Source: Chiloscyllium plagiosum (lineage: Eukaryota). From it: 64,000 nt of DNA. The DNA is taken from assembly GCF_004010195.1 (NCBI RefSeq), contig NC_057718.1, positions 62,092,981 to 62,156,980 of the forward strand. Direction: 5' to 3'. Below the pieces are notes generated by a model. That model saw only the letters and a list, made by a program, of their open reading frames with translations, made no database searches and was not told the DNA's origin. Shown piece after piece: positions 52,599 to 64,000 of the stretch. The translations under genes were made by a program, and so were the position numbers. Position 1 is the first letter of the stretch. Every line of letters begins with the position of its first letter.

Positions 52599-54096
52599 GT
52601 AAGGTTTAATTTACACGGTGTAGGTATATAAATGCTTCAAACAATACTGGAACAGTATTTAAGGACCGCAATACGTATTAATCGGTAGCAGTTGAGGGAG
52701 AAAGTGATTTTTTTTTTTAATATACCATACAGGAAAGGTGGTTATCAAAACCTACCTGGTTATCCTTTTCCTTAGTCTGACCTTGACATAATTTTCTTTT
52801 TCCATTTCAGTTTATTGTATTTCTGATCTGCTGTGGTGTTGTAGAGAGTCAGTTGCAGACTCATTCGAATTAGAAGCTAATTGTGTATGTTTAAACTATA
52901 GTGTGTACTCTCTCATTTGCTTTTTGATTAAAAGAATATGGTTACATCGCACTTAAATTACTGCCCAATTTTTAATGTCTAAATGGAGGAAAGCTCCTTA
53001 TTTTACAAATCAAATAGAAAAGAGAACTGTTCATGCCCTTCCTTTTTTTGGGGAATAGCAGACCACAGTGATTTTTTTTTTGAAAATATTTCTCTTGACC
53101 ACTCGCTGTAAAACTATTAAGAATGCTTGTGTTATGTTCTTTCAGTTAAGCAGTTTACGTTGAAAGAACAAGTTTATTGTTTCCAGGTGGCCTAAGTTAG
53201 AAATGGCCATTGGTTTTTCAGACAATTCAAAAAAGCTGCTTTTTTACTTGGAGGGCAATTATGATGTGCAACTGATTCATGCATTTGGGAAATTGTTGCA
53301 TCATAATTGTAAACATGAAGTACAACACAAGTAGTTGGCAAGTGTCATTTAGGTATATTTTTATTATTTGTTCTCAACATTTTTCCAGTTTGGACGTAGT
53401 ATTTGTAGTCCCTTGCCATTTCCTTGGCTCACTGATTGTAGGTTTTATTTTGAAGTATTGAATCCCTTGTGACACAGATGTTCTTAAGGTTCCTGATTGA
53501 AGGAACAGTAGTATATTGACCAAGTGACTTTGAATAAATAGGTGACATGCTTATGTTGAAGTCTTCCACTTTGAGAAGATGGTGTAACTGTGATTTTATT
53601 GCTTTCCCTCTCAGTCACAGATGAGGGTAATTGTGTTGTAAAGTGAACCTGCTAAGTTGCTGCAGTGTATTTCTAAATTGTCCTTAGTGCAGCTATAGTG
53701 GTGGGGAGAGAGTGGATGTTAAGCTTAGGATAGTGGTCTGTCTTGAATGATGAATGTTGTTTTTTGCATCCAAATGGTAAGAATGCTATCACATTCCTAA
53801 CTTGATCTTCACAGATAGTGGAAAAGCTTTGCTCGTCTGCACAACACCTGACTCGGTTTGTTTGTAATGCAAATGTCACAAGAACGTATTCTTTTGCAGT
53901 GATGTTAGGATATGAAATATGTTCATTTCAGAAAAAAATTGGGCACATATTTTTCTAGGAGCCAGTAGGCATTAACTTTAGCGGACTTTCATATGCAGCA
54001 TCTTTTAATCTAACTCCTATTAAATTAAAATGTTTTATGGCATTAATAATATTTTGGAATATTGTTTTAAATATTTTATCTATCCTGTCCTTCCAG

Positions 54097-54186
54097 ATGT
54101 GTACTATTGAGCCAGATGATTGTGCTTTCAAACAATCTTACTCATCAAATGAAGAGGATGCACAAAAATCTCAGAAAGATGGACAG
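54097..54186 (+). CDS. PAPOLG: PAPOLG exon 20
   Basis: ttccag| MCTIEPDDCAFKQSYSSNEEDAQKSQKDGQ |gtagtg; phase 0-0, strong pyrimidine tract, weakly conserved; an in-frame alternative donor lies 6 nt downstream. Confidence 0.78.
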
Positions 54187-55076
54187 GTAGTGGTAACTAC
54201 GGCTGAAGGTTGACTACAAGGGTCTCATGTCTCACTGGTTAAAATGTAGCATACACTTGCATCTAAGATTAGACTGCACAGCTTTACCCTTAAACTGATG
54301 ATCCTGTCAGTAAATATTCATTTTTCTATAATCCTCAACACTACTGTAAGTCAGTTCTCTCAGCTTGATCAATATTCAATGATAACACATTTTAGTATTA
54401 ATGAAATATTTTAGATGTAATTAACATCTTGCCTGTGTAGAATATTCCTGAAGTTGAAGCATTCTTGTGTCTGCACAATGTATAGTTGCTACTCAAATGC
54501 TGTCTCTTATACAAGAAAGGCAGTTTGTGCAAGATGTGCTTTTGCTTTAAATGCTGCATTTTACAGTCTGTGCCATGGTGATTTGGGCTTCTTTTATACC
54601 TTGTACAAGGACTTATAACAAGCCTGTTTGCAGATGTCTATTTTATTTGACCATTTGACTTTTACAGTAATGCAGACCATCAACACAAATTAAGTGCCAT
54701 TTACATGCAGTTTTTCCTGTGGCTTCTTCCCCTGAAGGGAAGTGCTAGTTGTGGTTCAGCACTTCATACTTGTTGTCACAGCTGATACTAATCAAAGTGA
54801 GGACTAATTTTTGATACAACAAACATGGGAATAGCCCAGTTACCGCAGTGGATATTCCACTCCCTTTCAATGTCTGCCTGGTTCAGTTGTTTCCATTTCA
54901 AGCAATAGTTATCCAACTCTTGAAAAATATTTTAAAATAATCCGTCTATGTAAATATAATCACATTTCAAGTTTTTTTTTGTAGTGGGAAAGGGGGTTAG
55001 TGACACTTAACTTCACCTATCTGATTGTAAAACTTGTTTTGCTTCAATTGATTAAATTGTTGTCTGTATGTAACAG

Positions 55077-55133
55077 GACAGCCAAGGAGAAGTGAAATCC
55101 ATGCCCATTCCAACAATTGATACAAGATCACAG
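55077..55133 (+). CDS. PAPOLG: PAPOLG exon 21
   Basis: taacag| DSQGEVKSMPIPTIDTRSQ |gtacta; SMPIPTIDT is conserved in PAPOLG. Confidence 0.92.
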
Positions 55134-55336
55134 GTACTACCTATTAAATATCTTTCTTCACAGGAAACGATGATTCTACGAGTAATGTCTGCACTCAAAA
55201 CTTTCTGAAGATTCTGAAGAGTGAATTTTCACTCTTAAATTAAAACACCTCTTGTACTTCTAGAATTCACCTTTTTAATCAGTGCAATTTAACATGCTTC
55301 TTTCTGTCCTTCTTTTGGTGCTGATTTTCTTTACAG

Positions 55337-55435
55337 AGACTACCCAGCAAGGAGCTACCAGATGCATCATCTCCAATTCCCACGAGTAGCATACGTGTCA
55401 TAAAAAATTCCATCAGACTAACCCTTAATCGGTAG
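55337..55435 (+). CDS. PAPOLG: PAPOLG exon 22 coding part (terminal)
   Basis: ttacag| RLPSKELPDASSPIPTSSIRVIKNSIRLTLNR TAG. Confidence 0.96.
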   Translation, partial: RLPSKELPDASSPIPTSSIRVIKNSIRLTLNR

Positions 55436-56168
55436 CAACACTGACTTGTCAGGTAAAAGTCATTTGTAATTCTTAAACTATTCAAGCATGTCAGCTGTAT
55501 TTTGTTAAAATTTGCCCAGACGTTGAAAGTGGAGTTCTGCTATATTATTGTTATCCTGACATGGTGTTGAAGCCAGAAGGTGGGTTAGTCGAAACTACTC
55601 CACTATGTTTTGCAGACAAGATGCAAGAGGTACCAGAAGTACGTTTTGGTTTACATTTCAAAACATGTACTGATGACTGACTCTGGTTAACCAATATCCA
55701 TAAATCTGAGGCCTTGTTATAGAAAATGAGGAAGGAGGGGGGAGAAAATCAAAGCCTTAAATGGATGGAATAGCTTCTGGCCTCTTAAGATCAACCAGTG
55801 TCTCTGGACATATTTGTCTCTTCGCCCTGAATTATGCATTGTATGTGTGTAAATACTTGTGAACAGCCTTTTATTGAAAAACAATCAGTATTGCATTGAC
55901 AGTTCTTTTCAGAAGGCTGATGTGTAATTTTAATAATTGTAAAATAACAAAAAAAACTTGTCCTGTGTATTTTTATGTTACCCCTCCCCATTAATGTTTT
56001 GTGTATATAACAAAAAACAAAAAAAAGTAGTCATTTTAGTTATTGGTATCGGGTTTTGAGGTTTAAAATCTTTACAGTTGGAGAATTTCATCACTTCAGG
56101 AAAGCATTTATAGGTAATTTGTTTTTGATTACTTCTAATGGCCAATGACAAGTCTGCTGATTTTTCTA

Positions 56169-56188
56169 GTGTGTGTGTGTGTGTGTGT
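56169..56188 (+). repeat. (GT)n microsatellite in the 3' UTR
   Basis: gtgtgtgtgtgtgtgtgtgt. Confidence 0.95.
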
Positions 56189-56322
56189 AAATATATATAG
56201 CACTGCATATAAATGTCTACAAAGCAGAATGAAAAGTTTAGTAATTGCCTAAAATGTCTTTTTCTGCTGTAACTTCATTGTCACTGTGATTTACATTTTC
56301 CAGTGCATTCAGTTGATTGTTT

Positions 56323-56422
56323 TGTAGGCCTAAAATCCATATGTATTTGAAAGAATATTTTTGTATTTACTGTATAAAAAAATTAGAGTAAAAAACTTTA
56401 AAAACTTGTGTGTTTTGTGTTG
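56323..56422 (+). terminator. Candidate non-canonical polyadenylation site (UGUA x4, A-rich tract, GU-rich downstream element)
   Basis: TGTA at 56323, 56342, 56362 and 56371; A-rich TATAAAAAAATTAGAGTAAAAAAC; then TTGTGTGTTTTGTGTTG 56406-56422. Confidence 0.6.
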
Positions 56423-56999
56423 CAAAACATTTAGTCACAACTGAACATACTTTGGAAAGTTGACCCTCCCAGTAAGATCATTGAAATTTATAGCCCCGTC
56501 TCCATTAATCCTCTGCCTTTAAGTTATCATAAAAAAAAGGATTCTGGAAGGCTGCTGTTCATTAACCAATGAAACGTTGAGTTTGAATTTATACTGTGAT
56601 TAAAGAAAGCAGAATTAATAATATTTGCTGGGAGCTGGCTCATGAATGTTGATCTTTGACTTCGAAATGTGAACGAACAGTGTATATTGCAACATCACAA
56701 TGTCCTTGGAAGACCTGCTTTTCAAAATTGGGACCGAAGCTATTTTTGATCTGTAATTGGTTGGTAGTTGTAACTGGCAAAGATTTGAAAGCTGGCTGTT
56801 AATTTTGCACTTCTGCTTGTTATTTGCAACAATATTGGAAAGTGCAAGAATTATTGAGTAGTTATGGGACTTTTTACCATCTCAGTCTTTACTAAGATCA
56901 TGGTATAAGAGGTAGAGAGGGACCACAGAATTCAGGAGAACTTTCTATGTCTGTTTCCTATACAACAAGGAAGGAAGCATTGTAGGTAGGTAAACCATT

Positions 57000-58030
57000 C
57001 GTAGTAGAATATTTATAGGGGACAAGTTTAGATTAGCAGTGGAAAAGGGCAAGGAGCTATTAAAAGTTTTGGAAAAATTGGGGAAGTGGGAAGCCAACTT
57101 TAATGGAGTGACAATGGAACTGATGCAGGGAAATTTGAATCATATTGACAGGTAAAAGCAAGTAAAGAACCAATGGTATGAATGATTGAAGTTAAATAGA
57201 TAATGCACCTGAGAATCAGGCTGCTGAGGATAAAAGAAAATGGTGAACAGTCCTTTTCTACATGGAAAGAAGGAATCTCTGTTTTTCTTGATTTAACTCA
57301 TCTGGACTTGGTGTGCAAGATTTGGCAATGATACAAAATGTTTAAATATAAGGAACTGAGAAGGATGAGGATAAGCATCAAAGAGGACATCGAAATGCTG
57401 GTGAAATGGGCAAACAAGTGGCAGCTGAAGTTTACTGCAAGTAAATGTGAAGTGATCCAGTTTGGTAATTTCTTCTGTTAAGTCAAGGCTGTAACACTAA
57501 AAGCAAATGTGTAGAGCAGAGGGACTTGGGAATGTATGTGTTCAGATTATTGTAGGTGACCGGGCAAGTTGAAAAAGAAATACATTAGGGTGGCATGGTG
57601 GCTCAGTGGTTAGCACTGCTGCCTCACCACCCAGGGACCTGGGTTCAATTCCAGCCTTGGTTGACTGTGTGGAGTTTGCACATTCTCCTCGTGTCTGTGT
57701 GGGTTTTCTCTGGGTGCTCCGGTTTCCTCCCACAGTCCAAGTCAGGTGAATTGGCCATGTTAAATTGCCCATAGTGTTAGGTGTATTAGTCAGAGGAAGG
57801 TGGGTCTGGGCGGTTGCTCTTTGGAGAGTTGGTGTGGACTGGTAGGGCCGAAGGACCTGTTCCCACACTGTAGGGAATCTATAAGTATTCAGGCTTTATA
57901 AATGAGGCATAACATTCAAAAGCAAGAATGTTATGTTTACCCTGTAAAAAGCACTGATTGGTATAAGTAAAGTCATTAGTGAGGGCAAAAATTATTAACA
58001 ATGGTTCCAGGAATGAGGATCTTCAGTAAC
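57000..58030 (+). mobile_element. Old CR1 fragment interrupted by a SINE
   Basis: LVKWANKWQLKFTASKCEVIQFG at about 57395-57465. Confidence 0.7.
57588..57881 (+). mobile_element. HE1-type SINE
   Basis: A box TGGCTCAGTGG, B box GGTTCAATTCC, V domain, tail. Confidence 0.93.
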
Positions 58031-58591
58031 TTTATGACTAAGTCCTAAGGGGTGAATAATTTCTCTTTGATTTTGAAGTTGCTTTTTTTTTTAGTTCCGT
58101 ATATATTGATCATTTATAAAGTTAAAAAGAAACAAACCGGCCAGATTTCACATTAATTAAAATTGAGCAAGTCTTATAAACTCATTCCATTAAGAGTAAA
58201 GATGATTAAAAGGTAGAACCTGTCCAGAATCTTGTGACTTAAAAGGATTGGAGGGGTGTGAGGGGGCGGGAGAGAGAGAGAGAGAGACACTGAGTGGCAT
58301 GGTGGTGCACTGGTAAGCACAGCTGCCTCACCGGTATCAGCGACTTGGGTTGGAGACCACCCTCGGCGACTGCCTGTGTGGAACTTGCACATTCTCCCCA
58401 GTCTGCATGGGTTTCCTCTGGGTGCTCTAGTTCCCTCCCACAGTCCAAAGATGTGAAAGTTAGGTGGACTGGCTATGCTACGTTGCTCGTAGTATTTAGG
58501 AATATAGATGCTATGTGGATTAGCCATGAAACATGCAGGGTTAGGGGGATAGGGTGTTGTGGTTCTGTTCGCCGAGCTGGAAGTTTTTGTT

Positions 58592-58631
58592 GCAAACGTT
58601 TCGTCCCCTGGCTAGGCGACATCATCAGTGC
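58592..58631 (-). ncRNA. Minimal type I hammerhead ribozyme motif (intact core, GUU triplet)
   Basis: Minus strand GCA-CTGATGA-t-GTCGCC-TAGCCA-GGGGAC-GAAA-CGTT-TGC. Confidence 0.75.
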
Positions 58632-58789
58632 TTGGGAGCCTCCTGTGGCGCTTAGGCGGTTAGCGCAGGATTCCCATTTCCTGGCTTGTCTCAGTGTCTC
58701 TCGCCCGTAAGTGTTCAAAGTTTGTGCGAAGATTTGTAGCTCGGGTGCTCGTTGTTGTGGTTCTGTTCGCCGAGCTGGAAGTTTTTGTT

Positions 58790-58829
58790 GCAAATGTTTC
58801 GTCCCCTGGCTAGGCGACATCATCAGTGC
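58790..58829 (-). ncRNA. Minimal hammerhead motif, ACGT palindrome mutated to ACAT
   Basis: Minus strand GCA-CTGATGA-t-GTCGCC-TAGCCA-GGGGAC-GAAA-CATT-TGC. Confidence 0.6.
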
Positions 58830-59394
58830 TTGGGAGCCTCCTGCGAAGGGTGTGTCTGGCTGGGATGCTCTTTGGAGGGTCAGTGTGGATTCAATAGGTC
58901 TAGTGGCCTGCTACCACACCGTAGGAATCCTATGAAAAGCAAATATATCTGATAATCTTTTAAATTTTGTCAGTGTGTTACATCCTGTCTGTAACAGACC
59001 CACAGCCTTCGGTTAATTATTCTGAGCTGGGGTAATCATAACAACTGGCTACTGGCACACTGGAAATAATTTTAATTTTGATGAAGGGGTTTCAATCTCC
59101 CACTGTCAAGTCCGTTGAGGTACCACTGAAGCAGAAGTAGAATCCTCAACATCCTTTTTCTGTGGTACATTGAAAGCAAAATCGCAAATGATGGAGATCT
59201 GAAATAAAAGCAACACGCTGGGGATACTCTGCTCGGGTGTCATCTGTGGAGAGAGACAAAGTTAAGATTTTGAGTGTAATGACTTCTATTTGAAATTGGA
59301 AAAACGTGGAAGTAATTGGTTTTGTAATCTTTAAAAGGCAGAGACAGCTGGAACAAAAGGTCAGGGAAAGAAGATTGGAGATCAAAAATCAGTC

Positions 59395-60480
59395 CTATAG
59401 ATCTATAGAACCGAAAAATGCCCTTTTGGCTCATCATGTCTGCACCAGTCACAAACAACCACCTAACTATTCTAATCCCATTTTTACAATACCTGGCTTA
59501 ATATGCCTTGACATCACAAGTGCACATCTAAGTACCAGTAAAATGTTCTAGTCTCTATTATCCTTTTTTATCAGCAGTGAGTTCCAGATTCCCACACCCT
59601 CTGGGTGGAAAACATTTTCCTCCAATCTCCTCTAACCTTCTGTCCCTCACCTTGAATCTATACACCTTGGTCATTTGATCCCTCCATTGAGTGGAAAGTT
59701 TTCTTCCTGTCTTCCCCATCTATGCCCTTCTGTTTTTTTTTATTACATCTTCATTATGTTCCCCCTCCATCTCCTCTGCTGTAAGGAAACAATCCCGGTC
59801 TGTTTGATATCTCTTCATAGCTAAAATTTGCCAGCATAAGCAGCATCCTGTCCAGTGCATCATAATGTAGGTTCTAGAACTGCACACAGTAGTCCAGCTG
59901 TGGGCTAACCAACATCTTCTACAGTTCCAGCACAACCTCTCTGCTGTTCAACTCTGTACCTTGGCTAATTGAAGCAAGTATGCCGTCCTAACTACATTAT
60001 CTACCTATCCCACCACGTAAAGGAACTAGTGTACATGCACACTTGGGTCCCACTGTCCCTTGGTGCTCCCCAGGTCCATCATGTACTCCCTTGCTTTGTT
60101 TGTCCTGGCCAAGTGCATTACCTCATGTTTATTTTGATTGAAAACCATTTGCCACTGATCAATCCGTCTGACCAGCCTGCCTATATTCTCCTATAATCTA
60201 AGGCTACCCTCCTCACTATTTACCACCTCACTAAGTTTTATATCATCTGTGAACTTATTGATCAGCCCTCCTACATTCTCATCTAAAGCATTTATTTCTA
60301 TCGCAAACAGCAAGGGCCTCAACACCGATCCCAGTGGACCCCACTGGCCACCAACTTCCAACTGGAAAAACATTCCTCCAACAGCACCCTCTGCTTTCTG
60401 CCACTCAGCCAATTGTGGATCCAATTTGTCAAATTTCCTTGGATCCCATGGGTTATCACTTTGCTAACAGTCTCCTGTGT
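59395..60480 (-). mobile_element. CR1 LINE RT/3' fragment
   Basis: ORF 60191-60424 GSVLRPLLFAIEINALDENVGGLINKFTDDIKL. Confidence 0.85.
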
Positions 60481-60889
60481 GTTACATCATAACTACTTCA
60501 GAAATGTCATAGAGTAAAAGACAGAAGGAGTGGTAATATATGGTGGAGAAGGTGTGGCATAGATTCAGAGAACATGTTCATCTCAGAATAAGGATGACCT
60601 TTAACTGAAAGCAAAACTATGAAAAACAAGATGCAAACACTAGGTGGGGAGGGGAATCTGAACAGAGTTAAGGGTCTGAAATTGTTGGAACTCATTATTC
60701 TTTGGCCTTTCCAGATATTTTAAACCAGAGAAAGTATGAAATTCTGCATGGGCTGCACAAGCATATCTGTTAATCCAAGCTGGGAATTTAGGAAGTTTAG
60801 CCTCTTAAAAGGCCAGGTGACGTCTGCCATTTTTAAACTACCTGGGCTTATTTGAATGTATTATCTTTCAAACTGAAATCAGAGGTTTA

Positions 60890-61270
60890 AGTTAATCAAT
60901 GGGATTAATAGTCTGTACACTATAACTTCATGATAGATGGGAGAAAGTGGGGACACTGTCCTTTTGACCAAGAGATATGATTGTGCACAAAGTTGAGGGG
61001 ACTGCGCAGAGTAGATGGGGAGAAATGTTTCCCTTTGGGAGAAGATTCGCGAATCGGAAGGCAAAAAGCAGAAAAAAAAGTAATATGGAAAAAAATCTTT
61101 ACACAACATATAGTTAGGAACTGGAATGTAATACCTACATGAGTTTTGAAGGTAGTTTCAATCAAAGTCTTCAAAAAAGAACTGGACAATGATCTGAAGA
61201 CAGAGTTACCATGGTAAGTGATAGTTGGTAAATTGCTCTTGGAGAGAAGTGGCGTGGCTACGCTGTAACC
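60890..61270 (+). mobile_element. Old CR1 3' remnant
   Basis: agagtagatggggagaaatgtttccc...gttaggaactggaat CR1-like 3' ORF end. Confidence 0.5.
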
Positions 61271-64000
61271 ATATTATATGAATTATTTCGCATGAATTTT
61301 CAGTCCACAAATGAGCTTTCTCTTTACCACTTTTGAGAGTCATTAAATTAATACTGGATGTTTCTGACATGCAGACTTTAGCTCAAAACACTTTTTCTTG
61401 AATTTGCTGAACAATTCTGACCGATCTTGGGTTTACTTCCTTGACTTTGCAGAGTCAGAGCTTCATACTTGCAGCAGCATAATACTGTATCTGCTTTTTG
61501 CAACAATCATGCCTTAAAAATGCATATTATTGAAGTAAGTAAAAAGAAGGGAACTGCTAGTGAAAGTAAAGCAAAAGTGTTGCTTGATGTTCTTGGAATA
61601 AGTGTCAAACAATATACAGACTGACAATTTCATGTACATTGGGCACACTTTTTTCTTTTGGAATATAGCAGTTGAAATGGAAACTTCTGCCCTTGTAACG
61701 TAGTTATAGGTGAGCCTGTCAACATGTGGTGTGCGTGTGTGGGCTGTTTGTCTCCCAGATCAAGGGATCTGGTATCAGCAAGTGGGATGCCAACTTGGAA
61801 TCATTCCCTGTCTCTGCTGCCAGTGCCCCATCAACACTATCCCCACCCCAAAATTCTGCTACACCCACCCCGAGCAATCCCTCAAAACATTTCTTACCTA
61901 CGATTTGAATTATTTCACAATCCTGGGATTCCAGTGCCTAACGGTTCAGCAGCTAATGGTTTGTGGTAGCCAATAATTCTTCGCAGCTTGGGCCTCTGGC
62001 ACCAGAGTCCATTCCTCATGACAAAATCAGCAGCTGGTCTCAACTGCCTAAATGGCTTTTGATTCTTTTTCCAGGGTGTAGGTAATGCTTACACAGTAAA
62101 CTTTTGTAGCTTATACCTAATTTCCCTTGAGTGGTGGTGGTAAACTAGGCAATGTGATTCTCACTAGCTCTCCAGCTGCCGGATGAGATTTGCCCTGCTG
62201 ATTTGACAAGATTGTGCATTAGGTTGCAAACTCTTAAGAATTGCCAACAACAAAGCTCAAAAAACCAAACCAAATTGGCAGTCTGCCGCATTAAGGATTT
62301 TTAAGATCAATCTGAAATTTCTTTGAAAATTGCTCACTCAAGAAACAAGGTTTGTAATAAGGAACAATTTGCACAATTTGGATGGAAAGATGTGATCTCT
62401 ACAATTGTATTTTATGTTGGAAATTAGCTTGATGTTTTGTCAAAATCGTGTGGTACCCAGACCAGTCAATGTTAGTTGACTGAAGACTAACCGGAAGAGC
62501 AGAAAGCAGAAACTAACTTGTAAATATGCTTCTAACTTCTAAATTATTTTATGGTTAACCTGAAGAATGACTATTCACACAGCGTGCAAGAATTTGTTAA
62601 TAAATAGTAGGAAATCAGCTTAAAAATATAAACTTTTACAAGATTTAGTAGCCTATACCTATGCTTTCAGGGTTGTTTGGTTTCTTTTGCACTTGTGATA
62701 AATTACACAACTGTTGTGTTAGAATTCAATAACCTTGCAGCTGGCGGAACGTCAACCCTTCAACATTCACTTTGTATGTTCTTGGTTTTCTGCTTCCTAC
62801 GTAATAACCCCATTTTAAAGTTTTTCCTCTTTTCAAAATCTTTGCTTTGTCGAATCAAACCTTTTGTAAATTTTTAATAAAGTAAATCTTTTTTTTCAAG
62901 AAATGATGCTTAACCATCTGAATTTTTGTTTTTATCCTGAACTCTGGAATTCTGAAATATCTTGTTTTTACCAAAATACTGACTGTACTATTTTAGTGCA
63001 CTAGTGTTATTCATTGATATTGAGTAAGTTGAATTGTCGTTACTGGAACTAATTTCTCTCCATTATTTCAAGAAACCTTGTGCCTAGTTTAAATTTTAAA
63101 ACATTTAAAACTTTATGACCCACTGAGGTAGCATGCTGGAAATCCAAGCCCTGTTATTTACAGTATCACTGTAAATGTGAAAGAACTTGATTACCACAAG
63201 ATTGCCCAATTTACCTAACTGTCGAATTCAGATTGAAAATCTATATGCCACTTGGTTTATGATCCAAAACAGAAATTTTAAAGAAAACTGCAATTTGAAC
63301 AAATTGTCCTTTCTACTGAGTAAATCCTAGGGAATAAATTCATCTCCTTTAATGATGGAAATAGGATTTATGATTACATTTGTTTGATTTGAAACCATAA
63401 ACCAGCTGAAGAAACAAAAAGCCACCATTAAAAATTGCTGGATTCTCATTTTTGGGGGAAAGCAATTCATTCGCAGGAAGTGAATAATGTCTCCAGTATA
63501 GGCAGCATTTATTGCCCTTTCCCCTTTTTGAGATGGTGGTGGGAAGCTACTTTCCTGATTATAACTGGATTTCACAAAGCAGTTAAGAATCGATCATTTT
63601 CCTGGACATTAGTTCACTAGTGGACTTTTATGAGAATTCAGTCATTTCAGTGGGCAGTATTTTTCAGGGGCCAGCAGATAGGCAACAATGGACCACGCAC
63701 TTGTATGAGCCTCCAAATCTGCAAGCAGGAGATCATAAGATTGCAGGAATGATCGCCATTACTGATTTTTTTAAAAAAGAAACAGAAATTAGTTCCGCAG
63801 CATCCATGGTGGGATTTGGACTAGTTCAATAGCATACTATATCCATATAACTTTAGAATTATTCAGTGACTGAGGTGAGGGAAGTATATCTGCTGCTGGT
63901 AAATTCTGTTTTTGGCAGAAATTTGATTGGGGTTAAGAAATATGTGTTAAATGAATTAAAAATGAAGAAAACTTACTGAACAAAAATAAACAAACTTTAC

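Larger units (their letters stand above)
55436..56425 (+). other. Predicted PAPOLG 3' UTR
   Basis: Transposon-free AU-rich sequence after the stop codon, ending in a candidate 3'-processing region. Confidence 0.6.
58558..58846 (-). mobile_element. Non-autonomous Penelope-derived tandem pLTR unit with two hammerheads (198-nt period)
   Basis: Direct repeats 58558-58646 and 58756-58844; TSD AGGGTGT at 58551-58557 and 58847-58853. Confidence 0.88.
58293..58933 (+). mobile_element. HE1-type SINE split by a Penelope-derived tandem insert
   Basis: SINE 58293-58557 resumes at 58847-58933. Confidence 0.85.

Noticed and set aside
57588..57665. tRNA gene (A and B boxes), also at 33120-33190 and 18970-19045
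   Set aside because: These are tRNA-derived SINE heads or degenerate fragments, with no complete cloverleaf

Overview
Eukaryotic, vertebrate genomic DNA, very probably from a shark or other elasmobranch (inferred from HE1-type V-SINEs and matching CR1/HER1-type LINEs). The window holds one complete protein-coding gene on the + strand: poly(A) polymerase gamma (PAPOLG). It has 22 GT-AG coding exons from ATG 15027 to TAG 55435, a 2298-nt spliced CDS (765 aa) and an intact catalytic Asp triad. A CpG-rich promoter lies at about 14.75-15.3 kb, and the 3' UTR has no AATAAA but carries UGUA, A-rich and GU-rich elements. The rest is mostly layered retroelements (CR1, Tx1, RTE, several Penelope-like families, tRNA-derived SINEs), one TA-flanked MITE and a 162-nt assembly gap. 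The most striking non-gene signal is a set of minimal hammerhead ribozyme motifs in the tails of at least four Penelope-like families. One is a TSD-flanked tandem pair spaced 198 nt apart (58558-58846) that looks like a nascent retrozyme or circRNA-producing unit. Repeat boundaries are approximate and all identifications were made by eye, with no database searches.
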